64,000 nucleotides of DNA from Eledone cirrhosa (lineage: Eukaryota): assembly GCA_964016885.1 (NCBI GenBank), contig CAXHJY010001472.1, forward strand, positions 1,036,176 to 1,100,175, given 5' to 3'. The stretch's first letter is position 1. Each line of letters opens with the position of its first letter. The position numbers were made by a program, and so were the translations under genes. Of the stretch, positions 63,996-64,000 are shown in pieces. The notes under the pieces are model-generated. The model worked only from the letters and a program-made list of their open reading frames with translations, made no database searches and was not told where the DNA came from.

Positions 63996-64000
63996 TCTGT

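Overview
AT-rich eukaryotic genomic DNA, most likely a coleoid cephalopod (Octopus-like). This is inferred from the tandem C2H2 zinc-finger genes, dense (TA)n/(CA)n tracts, tRNA-derived SINEs and RTE fragments with (GAT)n tails. 1-32555 is one satellite array built on an AAATTATCTCCCC core with two alternating spacer types (a 25-bp and a ~26-29-bp monomer) and multi-kb higher-order duplications; all ORFs there are artefacts. 32.6-37.9 kb is a dense field of fold-back palindromes set among (TA)n tracts. Several carry Penelope-type minimal hammerhead ribozyme motifs: one canonical, and two palindromes with a U3-A8 core variant. A decayed Penelope RT fragment missed by the ORF track lies at 59.5 kb. 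38-61 kb is a tandemly duplicated, mostly decayed C2H2-ZNF cluster (13-, 20- and 3-finger copies plus relics). It contains an 80-bp minisatellite clearly derived from a zinc-finger unit and an 85-bp one that may be. The window ends with a 5'-truncated CR1-type LINE (APE+RT). All of this was read by eye, so coordinates may be off by a few bases and no database searches were run.
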